A DNA stretch of 64,000 nucleotides, taken from contig CAVOYH010000001.1 in assembly GCA_963700635.1 (NCBI GenBank), positions 128,001 to 192,000 on the forward strand, given 5' to 3'. The translations under genes and the position numbers were made by a program. The stretch comes from an uncultured Bacteroidota bacterium (lineage in GTDB: Bacteria; Bacteroidota; Ignavibacteria; UBA10030; UBA6906). The notes under the pieces were generated by a model. That model was not told the origin of the DNA, did not search any database, and saw nothing but the letters and a program-made list of their open reading frames with translations. Below are positions 37,179-46,961 of this stretch, piece by piece (within the stretch, counting starts at the first letter, position 1; every line of letters begins with the position of its first letter).

Positions 37179-37343
37179 GCTGTTCTCTTCCGAAGAAGCC
37201 TCTCTGTGCGCCCGCGCACATCCGCCGGCCGGGACATCAGTCACACCTCCCGGTGTGACCGCGCGCACGGCGGTGAACCGACCGGCGTAAAGAAACTCTA
37301 TTCGGACGTCTTCCCCCGGTCCCGAATCCCCGGTTTGTCCTTC

Positions 37344-38672
37344 CTAGCGCATCACCGGTGATGTTTCAACCGTCATTTTACCCTCGCGCAGAACCTGCTG
37401 AATCTTAAAGAACCCCAGTTTGCGCGCACGGAGGAACCCCGACCAGGCCAGACCCGCGAACACGCCATCGGCGAGTTTGTCGAATAACCACTGCTCCGTG
37501 TACTCGGGCTTTTCCTGCTTCATGCCTGCCTGAATCTCCAGGAGCCACTTCCGGTTGAATTTTTCCTGAGAGCCAATCGCCGGTGTCATGATAATGGGGA
37601 GGCCGAGACCCGCATAAAAGGAAAGTTCGCTCGGCTTGGTCCAGAGAATATCTGTTTCGCGGAGCACCGCGGAAAAACGGGCAAAATATTCGTGAAGCGT
37701 TTGCGCATAGAGTACCTGGATATTGGAGGAGCCGGGATCTATCTCGGTCCGTACAGCCTCAAAGTAGTCGCGGACAGATGTTCTTGTACCGGCTACGAGC
37801 ATCAAGCGGATTTCGCCCGCCCGGATACGATGCTGGAGGCTTTTTGCGATGTGCCCTCCGATTTCCTTCTGGGCTCCGGCCCCGCCCACGGTGAACGTGA
37901 TGGTGAGTCTTTGGTGCGGCAGGGCCCGACAGTTGTCCGCTCCGAGGAAGAACTCCACATTTCTGTCGTGGAGAGGCCAGAAACGATTATGCGGGTCGAG
38001 AGTCTTCAACCGTCGCGCGAGATCCCCTTTGAGCGTTGTCAGCTCAGGCCCCCCGAGCAACTCTTCCGGCAAGGGAAATCCTGTCAGGAATATCCGCTCT
38101 TCCGGGACGCCGTACGCCTTTAATCGTTGTGCGGCTTTGCCGCACGGGGCAAAGTACACAATGCGGCTCTCCCACGGTTCCCGCGCAACCCAGATGCGGT
38201 TCAGATCAGCATCACAGACGATACAGTACACCCTGTGCGTCGATCGGCGATCGGCGGCGATAGCGGGCGCAAAGAAAGACGTCACGACCGGGAGGTGCTT
38301 GGAAACAATCGTGTCCAGCATCCCCCTGCAGAGCCCTTTTCGGACCAGCGAATCAAGCAACTCCACTTGAAGTGTCGTTCGGGAGAGATTGCGGATCGGA
38401 TAGAAGGATGGAATATGGAGAAGGCTGTCCAGAATGCTAAAAAGGAGTTTCCCTATGAAGGGGATACTGCGCGCCCGGGAGATACCCTCGTAGGCCGTGA
38501 GCATGCGCAACCAGAGCCGGCGTTCGGCCGTCGTGGCGGCGGTATCACGGCCGACCGTAATGATGCCTCCTTCGGCCAGGGTACGAAATGGATACACGGC
38601 CCGCTGATGGCCGTACCCCATGTCGGCGGCCACCACCCAGAGCTGTGACGGCGGAGTCAGTTCACGGGCCAT
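37344..38672 (-). CDS. Conserved hypothetical GT-B-like protein (UgtP/MGDG synthase-like motifs)
   Basis: ADMGYGHQRA, VCDAD, TGFPL, GGAG, DILWTKPSE, LGLPII...QEKFN. Confidence 0.65.
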   Translation of the reverse strand: MARELTPPSQLWVVAADMGYGHQRAVYPFRTLAEGGIITVGRDTAATTAERRLWLRMLTAYEGISRARSIPFIGKLLFSILDSLLHIPSFYPIRNLSRTTLQVELLDSLVRKGLCRGMLDTIVSKHLPVVTSFFAPAIAADRRSTHRVYCIVCDADLNRIWVAREPWESRIVYFAPCGKAAQRLKAYGVPEERIFLTGFPLPEELLGGPELTTLKGDLARRLKTLDPHNRFWPLHDRNVEFFLGADNCRALPHQRLTITFTVGGAGAQKEIGGHIAKSLQHRIRAGEIRLMLVAGTRTSVRDYFEAVRTEIDPGSSNIQVLYAQTLHEYFARFSAVLRETDILWTKPSELSFYAGLGLPIIMTPAIGSQEKFNRKWLLEIQAGMKQEKPEYTEQWLFDKLADGVFAGLAWSGFLRARKLGFFKIQQVLREGKMTVETSPVMR

Positions 38673-38681
38673 GACCGTCAA

Positions 38682-40760
38682 TCATGGCTTCCCATCAAAT
38701 GCCTGATTACGCAAAAGAGTCGTCATCTGGTATGGCGCTGGATCTCCGCCGAGAAACCGGTGGAACCAGTCAAGATGGGCATTGTAATAGAACGGCATTG
38801 ATGTTACTCCGCCCGGCCAGTGGCCGTCATTCTTGAACACGATAAGGCGGGAGGGAATTCTGCGCCTCTGCAGATCGGTGAAAAATTCCAGACTCTGGGT
38901 GTATGGCACCCGATAGTCCCGTTCGCCGGTAATCACCAGGCAGGGAGTCTTAAATTCTTTTACAAATCGGTTCGGCGACCATGCCGTGTAGAGGTCCGAT
39001 TCCCAGGGTGTTCCACCGAGATCGTATTCGGGAAACCACAGCTCTTCGGTGCTTCCGTGCATTGCTTTCAGATTGTACACCCCCATCATTGCAGAAAGAG
39101 CCTTAAATCGATCGGTATGTCCTTCCATCCACATCATCATATATCCACCGTACGACCACCCCATGGCACCCATGCGGTCCGGGTCTACAAACGAGAGGCG
39201 GGCAAGGGAATCTGTTACTGCCATGATGTCCAGATACACTTTTCCCGCCCAGTCTCCGGATATCGCTGCCGTAAATTCCTGTCCGTAGCCCGTTGACCCG
39301 TGCGGATTCGGGAAGGCCACGATATATCCTGAACCAGGATAGACCTGCCAGTCCCCCCGGAACGCGTCTGCCCACTGTGATTGTGGTCCACCGTGAACAT
39401 TCAGGATGAGAGGATACTTCTTCCCGGGTGAAAAGTTGTGGGGTTTGACAAGGAACGTGTGGATTGTTTTCCCTGTGGGCGAAGGAATCCAGAGTTCCTC
39501 AACGGGTCGGATGTCCACCTCCTGTTCAACCGTCAGGTTGAAGGTTGTAAGCCGGCGTGGTTTCTTCCCGGCCGCATCGCTGTACCAGAGTTCCTGGGGT
39601 TCACCGACGGACCGCCGGACCAGGGCTATTCCTGATCCATCGGGTGAGACAGAGAAGCCATCAATGGTCTGAAGATCGAGCACCCTCACGATGACCCCTG
39701 TGCGGAGGTCAAGCCGGTAAAGAGGCACATGTCCCTGCACATCGGCGGTGAAAAGAAGGTGTTTGCTGTCAGGACTCCACTGTACGTCATTCACCCAGTA
39801 ATCAAACCCCTCCGTGACAATTCTTGTCAGTCCCGTTTTTCGATCGAACAATGACAACCGGAAACAGTCCGCTTCATACCCGGGGATGGCCTGCGTCCGG
39901 AAGGCAATGTACTTCCCGTCCGGGGAATACGCAGGGTCGCCATCGTACGCTGCATTGCCAACCGTAATATTTTGTGCCACGCCACCTCCGGCGGGAACGA
40001 TCCAGAGATCCTTGTTAGTCGTCTCCGCTTCATGTTGATCGTGATTTGAAACGTAGCAGAGCTCACGACCATCAGGCGAATAGGCGAACCCTGTTCCGCC
40101 CAGCGAAAAGGCCGGTGCATCATACTCGCCCGGCGTATTGTCGAGATACTGTTTGGATTCCAGATTGTAGGTCAGGGTATGTGTACGCTTCCCCCCCTTC
40201 CAGGAGGTCCAGTGACGATAGAGGAGACGGTCCGTCATGTATGCATGGAGGGGTCCCTGCTGGACAGAAGCAGCAACGGCCTTATTGCAGCTATCATCGA
40301 CTCCGCAATCCGGATATACGTCACTGGAGAAAGTAACATGTTTTCCGTCGGGGGCCCAGATCGGACTTCCGGCTCCGCTGGAAAAATTGGTGAGCTGCCG
40401 GGGCTCACCTCCCCGTGCGGGCAAAAGCCACACCTGAGAGTCCTGTGTTCTTGTGGAGAGAAAGAGAATCTCCGATCCGTCAGGCGACCAGCGGGGGTGC
40501 GTGTCTGAGGATTCGTTGTTGGTCATCCGCCGGAGATCCGAACCATCAACATTTATCAGATAGATCTCGCTGTTTGTGGTGCCTTTCTCAAGGTTGCTTT
40601 CTCGGACAACAAAGGCTATCTGTTTGCCGTCGGGTGAAAAATTCGGATCCTCCACCGCGCGCAGGCGATAGAGGTCGGCAATAGTGAAGGGCTTCTTCTG
40701 TGATTCAGCGGGAAGGAAACCCGTACCACAAAGTATCGCCAGAATGATCAGACGGTGCAT
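38682..40760 (-). CDS. S9-family peptidase (dipeptidyl/acylaminoacyl peptidase) with PD40 beta-propeller
   Basis: Signal peptide; SPDG repeats; HGGPQ, GWSYGG, DYRVP, DGHW. SD AAGGAG before ATG 40760. Confidence 0.93.
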   Translation of the reverse strand: MHRLIILAILCGTGFLPAESQKKPFTIADLYRLRAVEDPNFSPDGKQIAFVVRESNLEKGTTNSEIYLINVDGSDLRRMTNNESSDTHPRWSPDGSEILFLSTRTQDSQVWLLPARGGEPRQLTNFSSGAGSPIWAPDGKHVTFSSDVYPDCGVDDSCNKAVAASVQQGPLHAYMTDRLLYRHWTSWKGGKRTHTLTYNLESKQYLDNTPGEYDAPAFSLGGTGFAYSPDGRELCYVSNHDQHEAETTNKDLWIVPAGGGVAQNITVGNAAYDGDPAYSPDGKYIAFRTQAIPGYEADCFRLSLFDRKTGLTRIVTEGFDYWVNDVQWSPDSKHLLFTADVQGHVPLYRLDLRTGVIVRVLDLQTIDGFSVSPDGSGIALVRRSVGEPQELWYSDAAGKKPRRLTTFNLTVEQEVDIRPVEELWIPSPTGKTIHTFLVKPHNFSPGKKYPLILNVHGGPQSQWADAFRGDWQVYPGSGYIVAFPNPHGSTGYGQEFTAAISGDWAGKVYLDIMAVTDSLARLSFVDPDRMGAMGWSYGGYMMMWMEGHTDRFKALSAMMGVYNLKAMHGSTEELWFPEYDLGGTPWESDLYTAWSPNRFVKEFKTPCLVITGERDYRVPYTQSLEFFTDLQRRRIPSRLIVFKNDGHWPGGVTSMPFYYNAHLDWFHRFLGGDPAPYQMTTLLRNQAFDGKP

Positions 40761-40897
40761 GATACGCTCCTTCACGGAGTTCATAATCGTTTCCGGGCGG
40801 GGATAGAGGAGGAATCACCTCGTGCTGAACTTACGTAAGAGGGTGAACAATAGCAATTCCTTGAATATGATTGATTTCCTGCCGATATTCACCATAC

Positions 40898-42037
40898 ATG
40901 AACTCCATGCCGGCATCTATTCCGTTCCCCCGTGCCATTGTCGACTGTGCCGCCTTCCGCGGCAACCTCAAGGCAGTACGGGCATACGTTGGACCAAACG
41001 TTCGTATTATGGCGGTTATCAAGGCGAACGGGTACGGACATGGTATGATCCCCCTCGCTCGGGAGGCCGCGGCCTCCGGCATTGGTGATTTTGGGATTGC
41101 GCGTGTGCACGAGGGGATTGAACTCCGTGACGCGGGGTTCCATCAGCGCATTCTCGTTTTCGAAGCGGCACAGGCTGCCGATGTGCGTCGGGCAGTTGAA
41201 GCGGAACTCACATTGACCGCCATGACTCCTCAGTTGTTTGAGGAAATTGAATCTGCGGCGCAGGCGTGTGGAAAAAAAGCGGCTGTCCACGTCAAATGTG
41301 ATACCGGTATGGGGCGTCTGGGGCTCCCGCCCGATCAGGCGATTGCCCTTATGAAGAGAATCGCCCGTTCCCGATGGACTTCTCTGGAAGGTGTTTACAG
41401 TCACTTCGCGACAAGCGAATTGCCGGACAGGGCGTTTGCCGAGGGACAGTTGCAGCGGTTTCTGGAAGTCGTGGAGGCAGTACGCAAGGCCGGCGTGGAT
41501 GTCCCGCTACGACATATGGCCAACAGTGGTGCCATCATTGCCATGCCTGATGCTCACCTGGACATGGTGCGGCCAGGCATCATGCTCTACGGCTACCCCC
41601 CGCGCAGGGACATGCTGGAACTCCACCCGGTCCAGCCCGTTCTCTCGCTCGTGTCCCGCGTCGCATTTGTGAAGACTGTCGATGCAGGAACCTCCATTTC
41701 GTACGGCAGGAAGTACTTTGCGGATCGCCGTACCACCATCGTCACGGTGCCTCTGGGCTACGGCGACGGGTACTCAAGGCTGCTTACAGGGAAGTCTGAA
41801 GCACTTATCCGGGGGCGGCGATATCCCATCGTGGGCACGATCTGCATGGATCAACTCATGGTTGCGGTGACTCCGGATGACCTTGTGGAGGTCGGAGATG
41901 AGGTGACCCTCATCGGGCGGGGCGGAAATGAGACAATAACTGCATGGGATCTGGCCGAACGGATCGGGTCCATACCCTATGAAACAACCTGCGCTCTCAC
42001 TCCGCGCGTACCTCGCACCTATGAGGGTTGCACATAA
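40898..42037 (+). CDS. alr: Alanine racemase
   Basis: AVIKANGYGHG, DTGMGRLG, YSHFA, MVRPGIMLYG, GYGDG, ICMDQ. Confidence 0.96.
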   Translation: MNSMPASIPFPRAIVDCAAFRGNLKAVRAYVGPNVRIMAVIKANGYGHGMIPLAREAAASGIGDFGIARVHEGIELRDAGFHQRILVFEAAQAADVRRAVEAELTLTAMTPQLFEEIESAAQACGKKAAVHVKCDTGMGRLGLPPDQAIALMKRIARSRWTSLEGVYSHFATSELPDRAFAEGQLQRFLEVVEAVRKAGVDVPLRHMANSGAIIAMPDAHLDMVRPGIMLYGYPPRRDMLELHPVQPVLSLVSRVAFVKTVDAGTSISYGRKYFADRRTTIVTVPLGYGDGYSRLLTGKSEALIRGRRYPIVGTICMDQLMVAVTPDDLVEVGDEVTLIGRGGNETITAWDLAERIGSIPYETTCALTPRVPRTYEGCT

Positions 42038-42116
42038 GACAATCAAGTTGTACCTTATGCAATGTTGGCCATTGTGTTCTGTTACCCATGTGATATCATT
42101 AAAGGGAATATGTGCA

Positions 42117-42437
42117 ATGCGAAATCTGTGGATAGGTGTGGTGGTCTTAGGACTGGCAGCATGTGCGCAATCACCGGTTATGGCTCAGGAACAACAGACT
42201 TCGAAGGCGGAGAAGCCGGCTGTCACGCAGCCAGCTGTTGACGTGTTCGCCTGTCCGATGCATCCAGAGGTCACTGCCGCAAAGGCCGGCAAATGCTCCA
42301 AGTGCGATATGGCTCTGGAGAAGAAAGTTACAAAGACCTCAAAGGAGGTCAAGAGTAAACCAAAACCGCACAAGGATATGAAGAACGAGGGCAAAGAAAA
42401 ATGTGGGGGATGTGCAGAGCCATGCGGAGACCAGTAA
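42117..42437 (+). CDS. Small exported heavy-metal-binding-domain protein
   Basis: Signal/lipobox GLAAC; FACPMHPEV...GKCSKCDMAL; C-terminal CGGCAEPC. Confidence 0.8.
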   Translation: MRNLWIGVVVLGLAACAQSPVMAQEQQTSKAEKPAVTQPAVDVFACPMHPEVTAAKAGKCSKCDMALEKKVTKTSKEVKSKPKPHKDMKNEGKEKCGGCAEPCGDQ

Positions 42438-42466
42438 TCTCCCTTATACCATGAAGGGTTACCCCC

Positions 42467-42904
42467 ATGACAATACTCGTCGTTGATGACGAGCCGGAAT
42501 ACAGACTCGTTTTAAAGAATGTACTGCTGACGGAAGGTTTCCAGGTCGTCCTTGCAGAAAACGGCGAGGATGCATACCAGAAACTGACCCAGAACACCGT
42601 GGACCTGGTCATATCCGACATTTATATGCCGGTGATGGACGGCATCCGCTTTCATCGGATGGTACGCGACAATTCACAATATAAAGAACTCCCATTTCTG
42701 TTCGTGTCTGCCTTTGATGACCAGCACACACTCGATGCGGTAAAGGATCCACGATTCGAGGGGTTCCTTCGCAAAGCACGTCCCGTATCCGAGATGAAAG
42801 AGTGGATTCATTACTTGATGACACCGGAAGACAAGCGTCCCAAGCTGCCTCCTGGGGGGGCGCGCTCCCGCCTCAATCAACAGCTGCGCGGTAGAAATCG
42901 CTGA
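42467..42904 (+). CDS. Single-domain response regulator
   Basis: ILVVDDE, ISDIYMPVMDG, FVSA, FLRK. Confidence 0.92.
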   Translation: MTILVVDDEPEYRLVLKNVLLTEGFQVVLAENGEDAYQKLTQNTVDLVISDIYMPVMDGIRFHRMVRDNSQYKELPFLFVSAFDDQHTLDAVKDPRFEGFLRKARPVSEMKEWIHYLMTPEDKRPKLPPGGARSRLNQQLRGRNR

Positions 42905-42952
42905 GCCGTGTATTGACGTTCTCGCCACACACAATCACAAACCTGACACGAT

Positions 42953-43981
42953 ATGCCTGATACCATACGTACGCCCGCGACGCTTGTTACCGGAGCGAAT
43001 GGCGAAATGGGACATGGGCTGATCGAACGGTTGGCCGAATCCGGCGGGCACCATATTATTGCCATGGATGTGCGTCCGATTGACGATTCATTGAGCGCCC
43101 TTTGCGGGACCACCCTCATTGGTGACATCCTGGACTCCCGCCTGCTTGAGCGATTGGCGAGCGAGTATCAGATCCGGGCGATTTACCATCTTGCCGCGCT
43201 GCTCTCCACCCGTGCAGAATTTACGCCCGAGGCGGCACACCGCGTCAACGTGGAAGGCACGATGTCGCTTCTCCGGCTTGCCATCGAACAGTCGCGCTGG
43301 CAGGGTGCGCCGGTTCAGTTCCTCTTTCCAAGTTCCATTGCTGTGTACGGACTCCCCTCGATCGACATAAAACGAAGTGCGGGCAAAGTACGTGAGGACA
43401 GCTGGACGCAGCCCATTACGATGTACGGATGCAACAAACTGTATTGTGAGCACCTCGGTCGATACTATACACATCACTACCGGCAGCTTGCGGCGGATGC
43501 AGAAAAAGCAGCCGTGGATTTTCGGGCGATTCGGTTCCCCGGGCTGATTAGCGCGATGACCCTTCCGAGTGGTGGCACGAGCGATTACGCACCCGAGATG
43601 CTGCATGCCGCTGCGCAGGGAAAACCGTATTCCTGTTTTGTGCGCGAGGATGTCCGGATCCCTTTTATGGCAATGCCTGACGCAATCACCGCCCTGCTCG
43701 CCCTCCAGGCTGCTCCATTACATCGTCTCTCACAGACCGTCTATAACATCACGAGCTTCAGTCCATCGGCAGATGAGATCAGGAGTATTGTAAAGAAGGC
43801 ATTCCCCGATTCCGAGATCACGTTCCTGCCGGACGACAAGCGTCAGGCTATCGTCGATTCCTGGCCGGAAGATGTGGACGACAGCAGTGCCCGGCGTGAT
43901 TGGGATTTTATACCGGAGTACGATCAGAGACGGGCATTCGAGGAGTACCTGATCCCGACGATCCGTCAACGGTACCGCTGA
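42953..43981 (+). CDS. NAD-dependent epimerase/dehydratase; probable SDR-type L-threonine 3-dehydrogenase
   Basis: TGANGEMG, HLAALLS, PSSIAVYG, YGCNK, GGTSDYA, RQAIVDSWP. Confidence 0.85.
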   Translation: MPDTIRTPATLVTGANGEMGHGLIERLAESGGHHIIAMDVRPIDDSLSALCGTTLIGDILDSRLLERLASEYQIRAIYHLAALLSTRAEFTPEAAHRVNVEGTMSLLRLAIEQSRWQGAPVQFLFPSSIAVYGLPSIDIKRSAGKVREDSWTQPITMYGCNKLYCEHLGRYYTHHYRQLAADAEKAAVDFRAIRFPGLISAMTLPSGGTSDYAPEMLHAAAQGKPYSCFVREDVRIPFMAMPDAITALLALQAAPLHRLSQTVYNITSFSPSADEIRSIVKKAFPDSEITFLPDDKRQAIVDSWPEDVDDSSARRDWDFIPEYDQRRAFEEYLIPTIRQRYR

Positions 43982-44003
43982 CCAATCAGAACACGGGGGC
44001 GCC

Positions 44004-45929
44004 ATGGACAGAACGGACGAACAGTCTCCCCACGCGGTGATTGGCTGGTCGGTGATCGCTCTCTCCCTCCTCATCGGCTTCTCTGGAATTTTCCCGTCGG
44101 CTGTGAACTGGGGCGTACATTTCTGGGGCTTTCTCCCCGCGCCGAGCGTCCTGGTCCCGCTCACGCTCTTCCTCCTTTCACTTTTTCCTTCCTCACAGAC
44201 CGGTGTTCTCCGGTTCATTGAGGTGAGCAATAGCCGGTTGCGCGGGTATCCTTCTTTCACGCGGCGTCTGGTCTGGATCGCTGCCGGTTTTCTCATGATT
44301 GCGGTGTTCTGGTCTTCCCGTCAAGCCACGCACTTCCTGGGCGATGGGTATCTTCTCCTTCGCACGCTCCCTCTCGCGGCGCAGTCCGGCGAGATCGCCG
44401 CATCGTTCCCCACCGCCCCGCTGACCGGGTATCTTGCCGTGTGCGTGTATCGGGTGTTTGTGTATATCGGGTTGGCCGATGCGGCGCTTCTTTCCTGGCA
44501 GAGTCTTTCCATCGGAAGCGGGATCCTTGCAATCCCGCTTCTCTGGTATCTGGCAGGCCAGATCTGGACTGATGCCAGGGAACGTACTCTGGGGACTCTG
44601 TTCCTGCTGTGCGGTGGTTCCGCAATGCTCTTTTTCGGATATGTGGAAACGTATCCGCTTGCCTTTACATGTTCTCTGGCGTATGCGGGTGTGGCCCTGA
44701 GCGTACAGCGCGGCGCACCGCGCCTTGTACTTGCCTCGATCGTCTTTGCTGTTCTGGTTCTGCTCCATGTCGGAATGATCGTGTTTGCTCCATCGTTGTT
44801 GTTCCTCTATGTCAGGTATGGTCGTGCCCACGGATGGCGGACATTCAGGGTGCCGCTTCTCTCCTGTATCGTTGTGCTGATAGCGGGTCTTGTCGTGCTT
44901 GGGTATTCACCCCTGCGGCTCGTTGCGACGTTTTCCCGCGACGGCCTTTCATATCTTTCCGTGCACTCGGCGGATCCGTGGGGAGATGCGTTCTCCCTGT
45001 TTGCGCCATGGCATGTTGTTGATCTGGCCAATGCCTTTCTTCTGGTATCTCCGTTTTCACTTGTCCTGATCGGAGGGTTTCTTGCGGGGGCATTTCTCCC
45101 GGCACGGTTCCGTCATGCGGACGCGACATTCTGGATGGTCCTTGCGGGTCCCGCGCTGTTCTGGCTCTTTCTCAACAACTTCGAGCTCGGACTGAGTCGT
45201 GACTGGGATCTAGCTTCCCCGGCTGTCTTTATGACTTCGCTGGCGGGCGTTGCGAGCTGGAGTGCATTGACGGGGCCTTCTGAGGCCAGACGGAGAGGGC
45301 TTGTCGTCATGGTAGTCCTGACGGCAATACAGACCGTTGGGTGGGTTGCCGTGAACGCCTCGGTGGACCGGTCGGTCCGGAGATTTGAGAGTCTTCTGGA
45401 CTTCCGGTTTCAATCGCCACGTGCGGCCGCAATAGCGCTTGAGGAGATGGGCTGGTACAGGCGCACCAACGGTGACTATGCAGGCGCGGGAAGTGCATAC
45501 GCGCAGTGTGTTGTACTGGATTCTACAAATGCCCGTCGGTGGGTATTACTGGCGAATGCCGGAGCGGCAGCGGGAGACACGAGTACTGCGCGGGCCGCTT
45601 TTGAGCGGGCTATCCATCTCGGCACCGCTGATCCCGAGGCGTATCTGAATCTTGGAGTCCTGAGGTATCACGCTGGCGATATGGATCAGGGCATCCGGCT
45701 TGTCCGGGATGCGATCGCCCTGGACACAACACAAACGCTGAGTCTCTACACGCTTGGGCGTATGTATCAGGATGGAGTGAGGGATACACTTGCCGCGCTC
45801 CACTGGTACACGCGTGTTCTCCGGATGGATTCGTCACATGCAGGGGCCCGGATGCGGGCGGCAGAGTGCAGACGGAGTCTCTCAGACGAACACGGGCGCT
45901 CCCTCACAAGACCCGGCGCGGCACATTAA
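44004..45929 (+). CDS. Polytopic membrane protein with C-terminal TPR repeats (GT-C-like)
   Basis: More than ten TM segments; HFLGDGY, FFGYVETY, RDWDL; TPR-like AYLNLGVL...YTLGRMY. Confidence 0.7.
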   Translation: MDRTDEQSPHAVIGWSVIALSLLIGFSGIFPSAVNWGVHFWGFLPAPSVLVPLTLFLLSLFPSSQTGVLRFIEVSNSRLRGYPSFTRRLVWIAAGFLMIAVFWSSRQATHFLGDGYLLLRTLPLAAQSGEIAASFPTAPLTGYLAVCVYRVFVYIGLADAALLSWQSLSIGSGILAIPLLWYLAGQIWTDARERTLGTLFLLCGGSAMLFFGYVETYPLAFTCSLAYAGVALSVQRGAPRLVLASIVFAVLVLLHVGMIVFAPSLLFLYVRYGRAHGWRTFRVPLLSCIVVLIAGLVVLGYSPLRLVATFSRDGLSYLSVHSADPWGDAFSLFAPWHVVDLANAFLLVSPFSLVLIGGFLAGAFLPARFRHADATFWMVLAGPALFWLFLNNFELGLSRDWDLASPAVFMTSLAGVASWSALTGPSEARRRGLVVMVVLTAIQTVGWVAVNASVDRSVRRFESLLDFRFQSPRAAAIALEEMGWYRRTNGDYAGAGSAYAQCVVLDSTNARRWVLLANAGAAAGDTSTARAAFERAIHLGTADPEAYLNLGVLRYHAGDMDQGIRLVRDAIALDTTQTLSLYTLGRMYQDGVRDTLAALHWYTRVLRMDSSHAGARMRAAECRRSLSDEHGRSLTRPGAAH

Positions 45930-46032
45930 CGCGTCGCGGGATCGAATGAAATTATCGTTCGGAAAATTCCCTCCTCCCTGATAATAGAAAGAGAACCCGC
46001 GCATTCCGCTCATCGTCTTCAGGGAGGATGGT

Positions 46033-46257
46033 ATGGCAACACCCAGTGCATTGTATTCCACCATGGTCCGGGCAGGCCGGACGACGTATTTTGTGGATGT
46101 GAAGGAAGCGAAAAATGGGAAGCGGTTCCTGGCAATCTCGGAAAACCGTCTTGATGAAGAGGACAAAAAACAACGCATCACCGTCCGGGTTTTCCAGGAG
46201 AGCGTCGATCAGTTCCGGCAGGCAGTAGAGGAGGCGAGCAGGGCCGTTTCCACATGA
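46033..46257 (+). CDS. PUR-domain/DUF3276 DNA/RNA-binding protein
   Basis: LYSTMVRAGRTTYFVDVKEAKNGKRFLAISE; strong SD GGGAGG. Confidence 0.85.
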   Translation: MATPSALYSTMVRAGRTTYFVDVKEAKNGKRFLAISENRLDEEDKKQRITVRVFQESVDQFRQAVEEASRAVST

Positions 46258-46360
46258 TGCCACGGAGATTCTGACCCTTTTACTATCCTGGCTGCATCAG
46301 ATGGTGTAGACAACCCCGAAAAACGGGCCATTTTTCGCGTGTCATTAAGGAAAGGACACC

Positions 46361-46714
46361 ATGGAACACCTGACGAAGCAGACCTTCATGGAAAAAATCT
46401 ACAATTTTGAAAGTAATCAGGAATGGAAGTACGAGGGGACGATTCCCTGTATTATCGATTTCTACGCCGATTGGTGTGCTCCATGCAAAATGGTGGCTCC
46501 GATACTTGAAGATCTGGCCCGTGAATATGACGGCAAGATCCAGGTCTACAAGATTGACACGGAAAAGGAACAGGAACTTGCCGCCATGTTCGGCATTCGG
46601 AGTATTCCCTCGCTGCTCTTCGTTCCCAAAGAGGGCCAACCGCAGATGGCTATGGGTGCCCTGCCAAAGGAGGCCTTCAAGGATGCGATTAAGACCGTTC
46701 TCGGTGTGAACTGA
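46361..46714 (+). CDS. trxA: Thioredoxin
   Basis: IDFYADWCAPCK, GIRSIP. Confidence 0.93.
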   Translation: MEHLTKQTFMEKIYNFESNQEWKYEGTIPCIIDFYADWCAPCKMVAPILEDLAREYDGKIQVYKIDTEKEQELAAMFGIRSIPSLLFVPKEGQPQMAMGALPKEAFKDAIKTVLGVN

Positions 46715-46770
46715 CATCTCTCAAACCTCGGGTTTCTTCCCGACCCCGCAGGCGTCACCGGCACCCACAG

Positions 46771-46818
46771 AAACGGCGTGAAAGCAGAGTCTTCTGCTCT
46801 CCCGCCGTTTTCGCTTTC
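46771..46818 (+). terminator. Putative intrinsic terminator after trxA
   Basis: AAACGGCG...AGCAGA-GTCT-TCTGCT...CGCCGTTT followed by a T-rich run. Confidence 0.55.
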
Positions 46819-46895
46819 TCTGCACCATCCCGTTCGAACAGCGCCGCCGCACCAGGGTATCTCACAGTTCCGGGCAGCGAAATGAACCTTATCCG

Positions 46896-46924
46896 TTGAG
46901 GATTCCTGCAGATTTTGTTATCTT
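46896..46924 (+). promoter_or_regulatory. Putative sigma70 promoter (extended -10)
   Basis: TTGAGG-17 bp-TATCTT, with TG one base upstream of the -10. Confidence 0.5.
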
Positions 46925-46961
46925 TTACTCTATCTACCCACAGTGCAGCAGACGATTTTTA

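Noticed and set aside
37094-37287. Glycine riboswitch or hammerhead ribozyme (CTGATG present)
   Set aside because: Required conserved cores (CUGAUGA...GAAA; glycine aptamer motifs) are incomplete.
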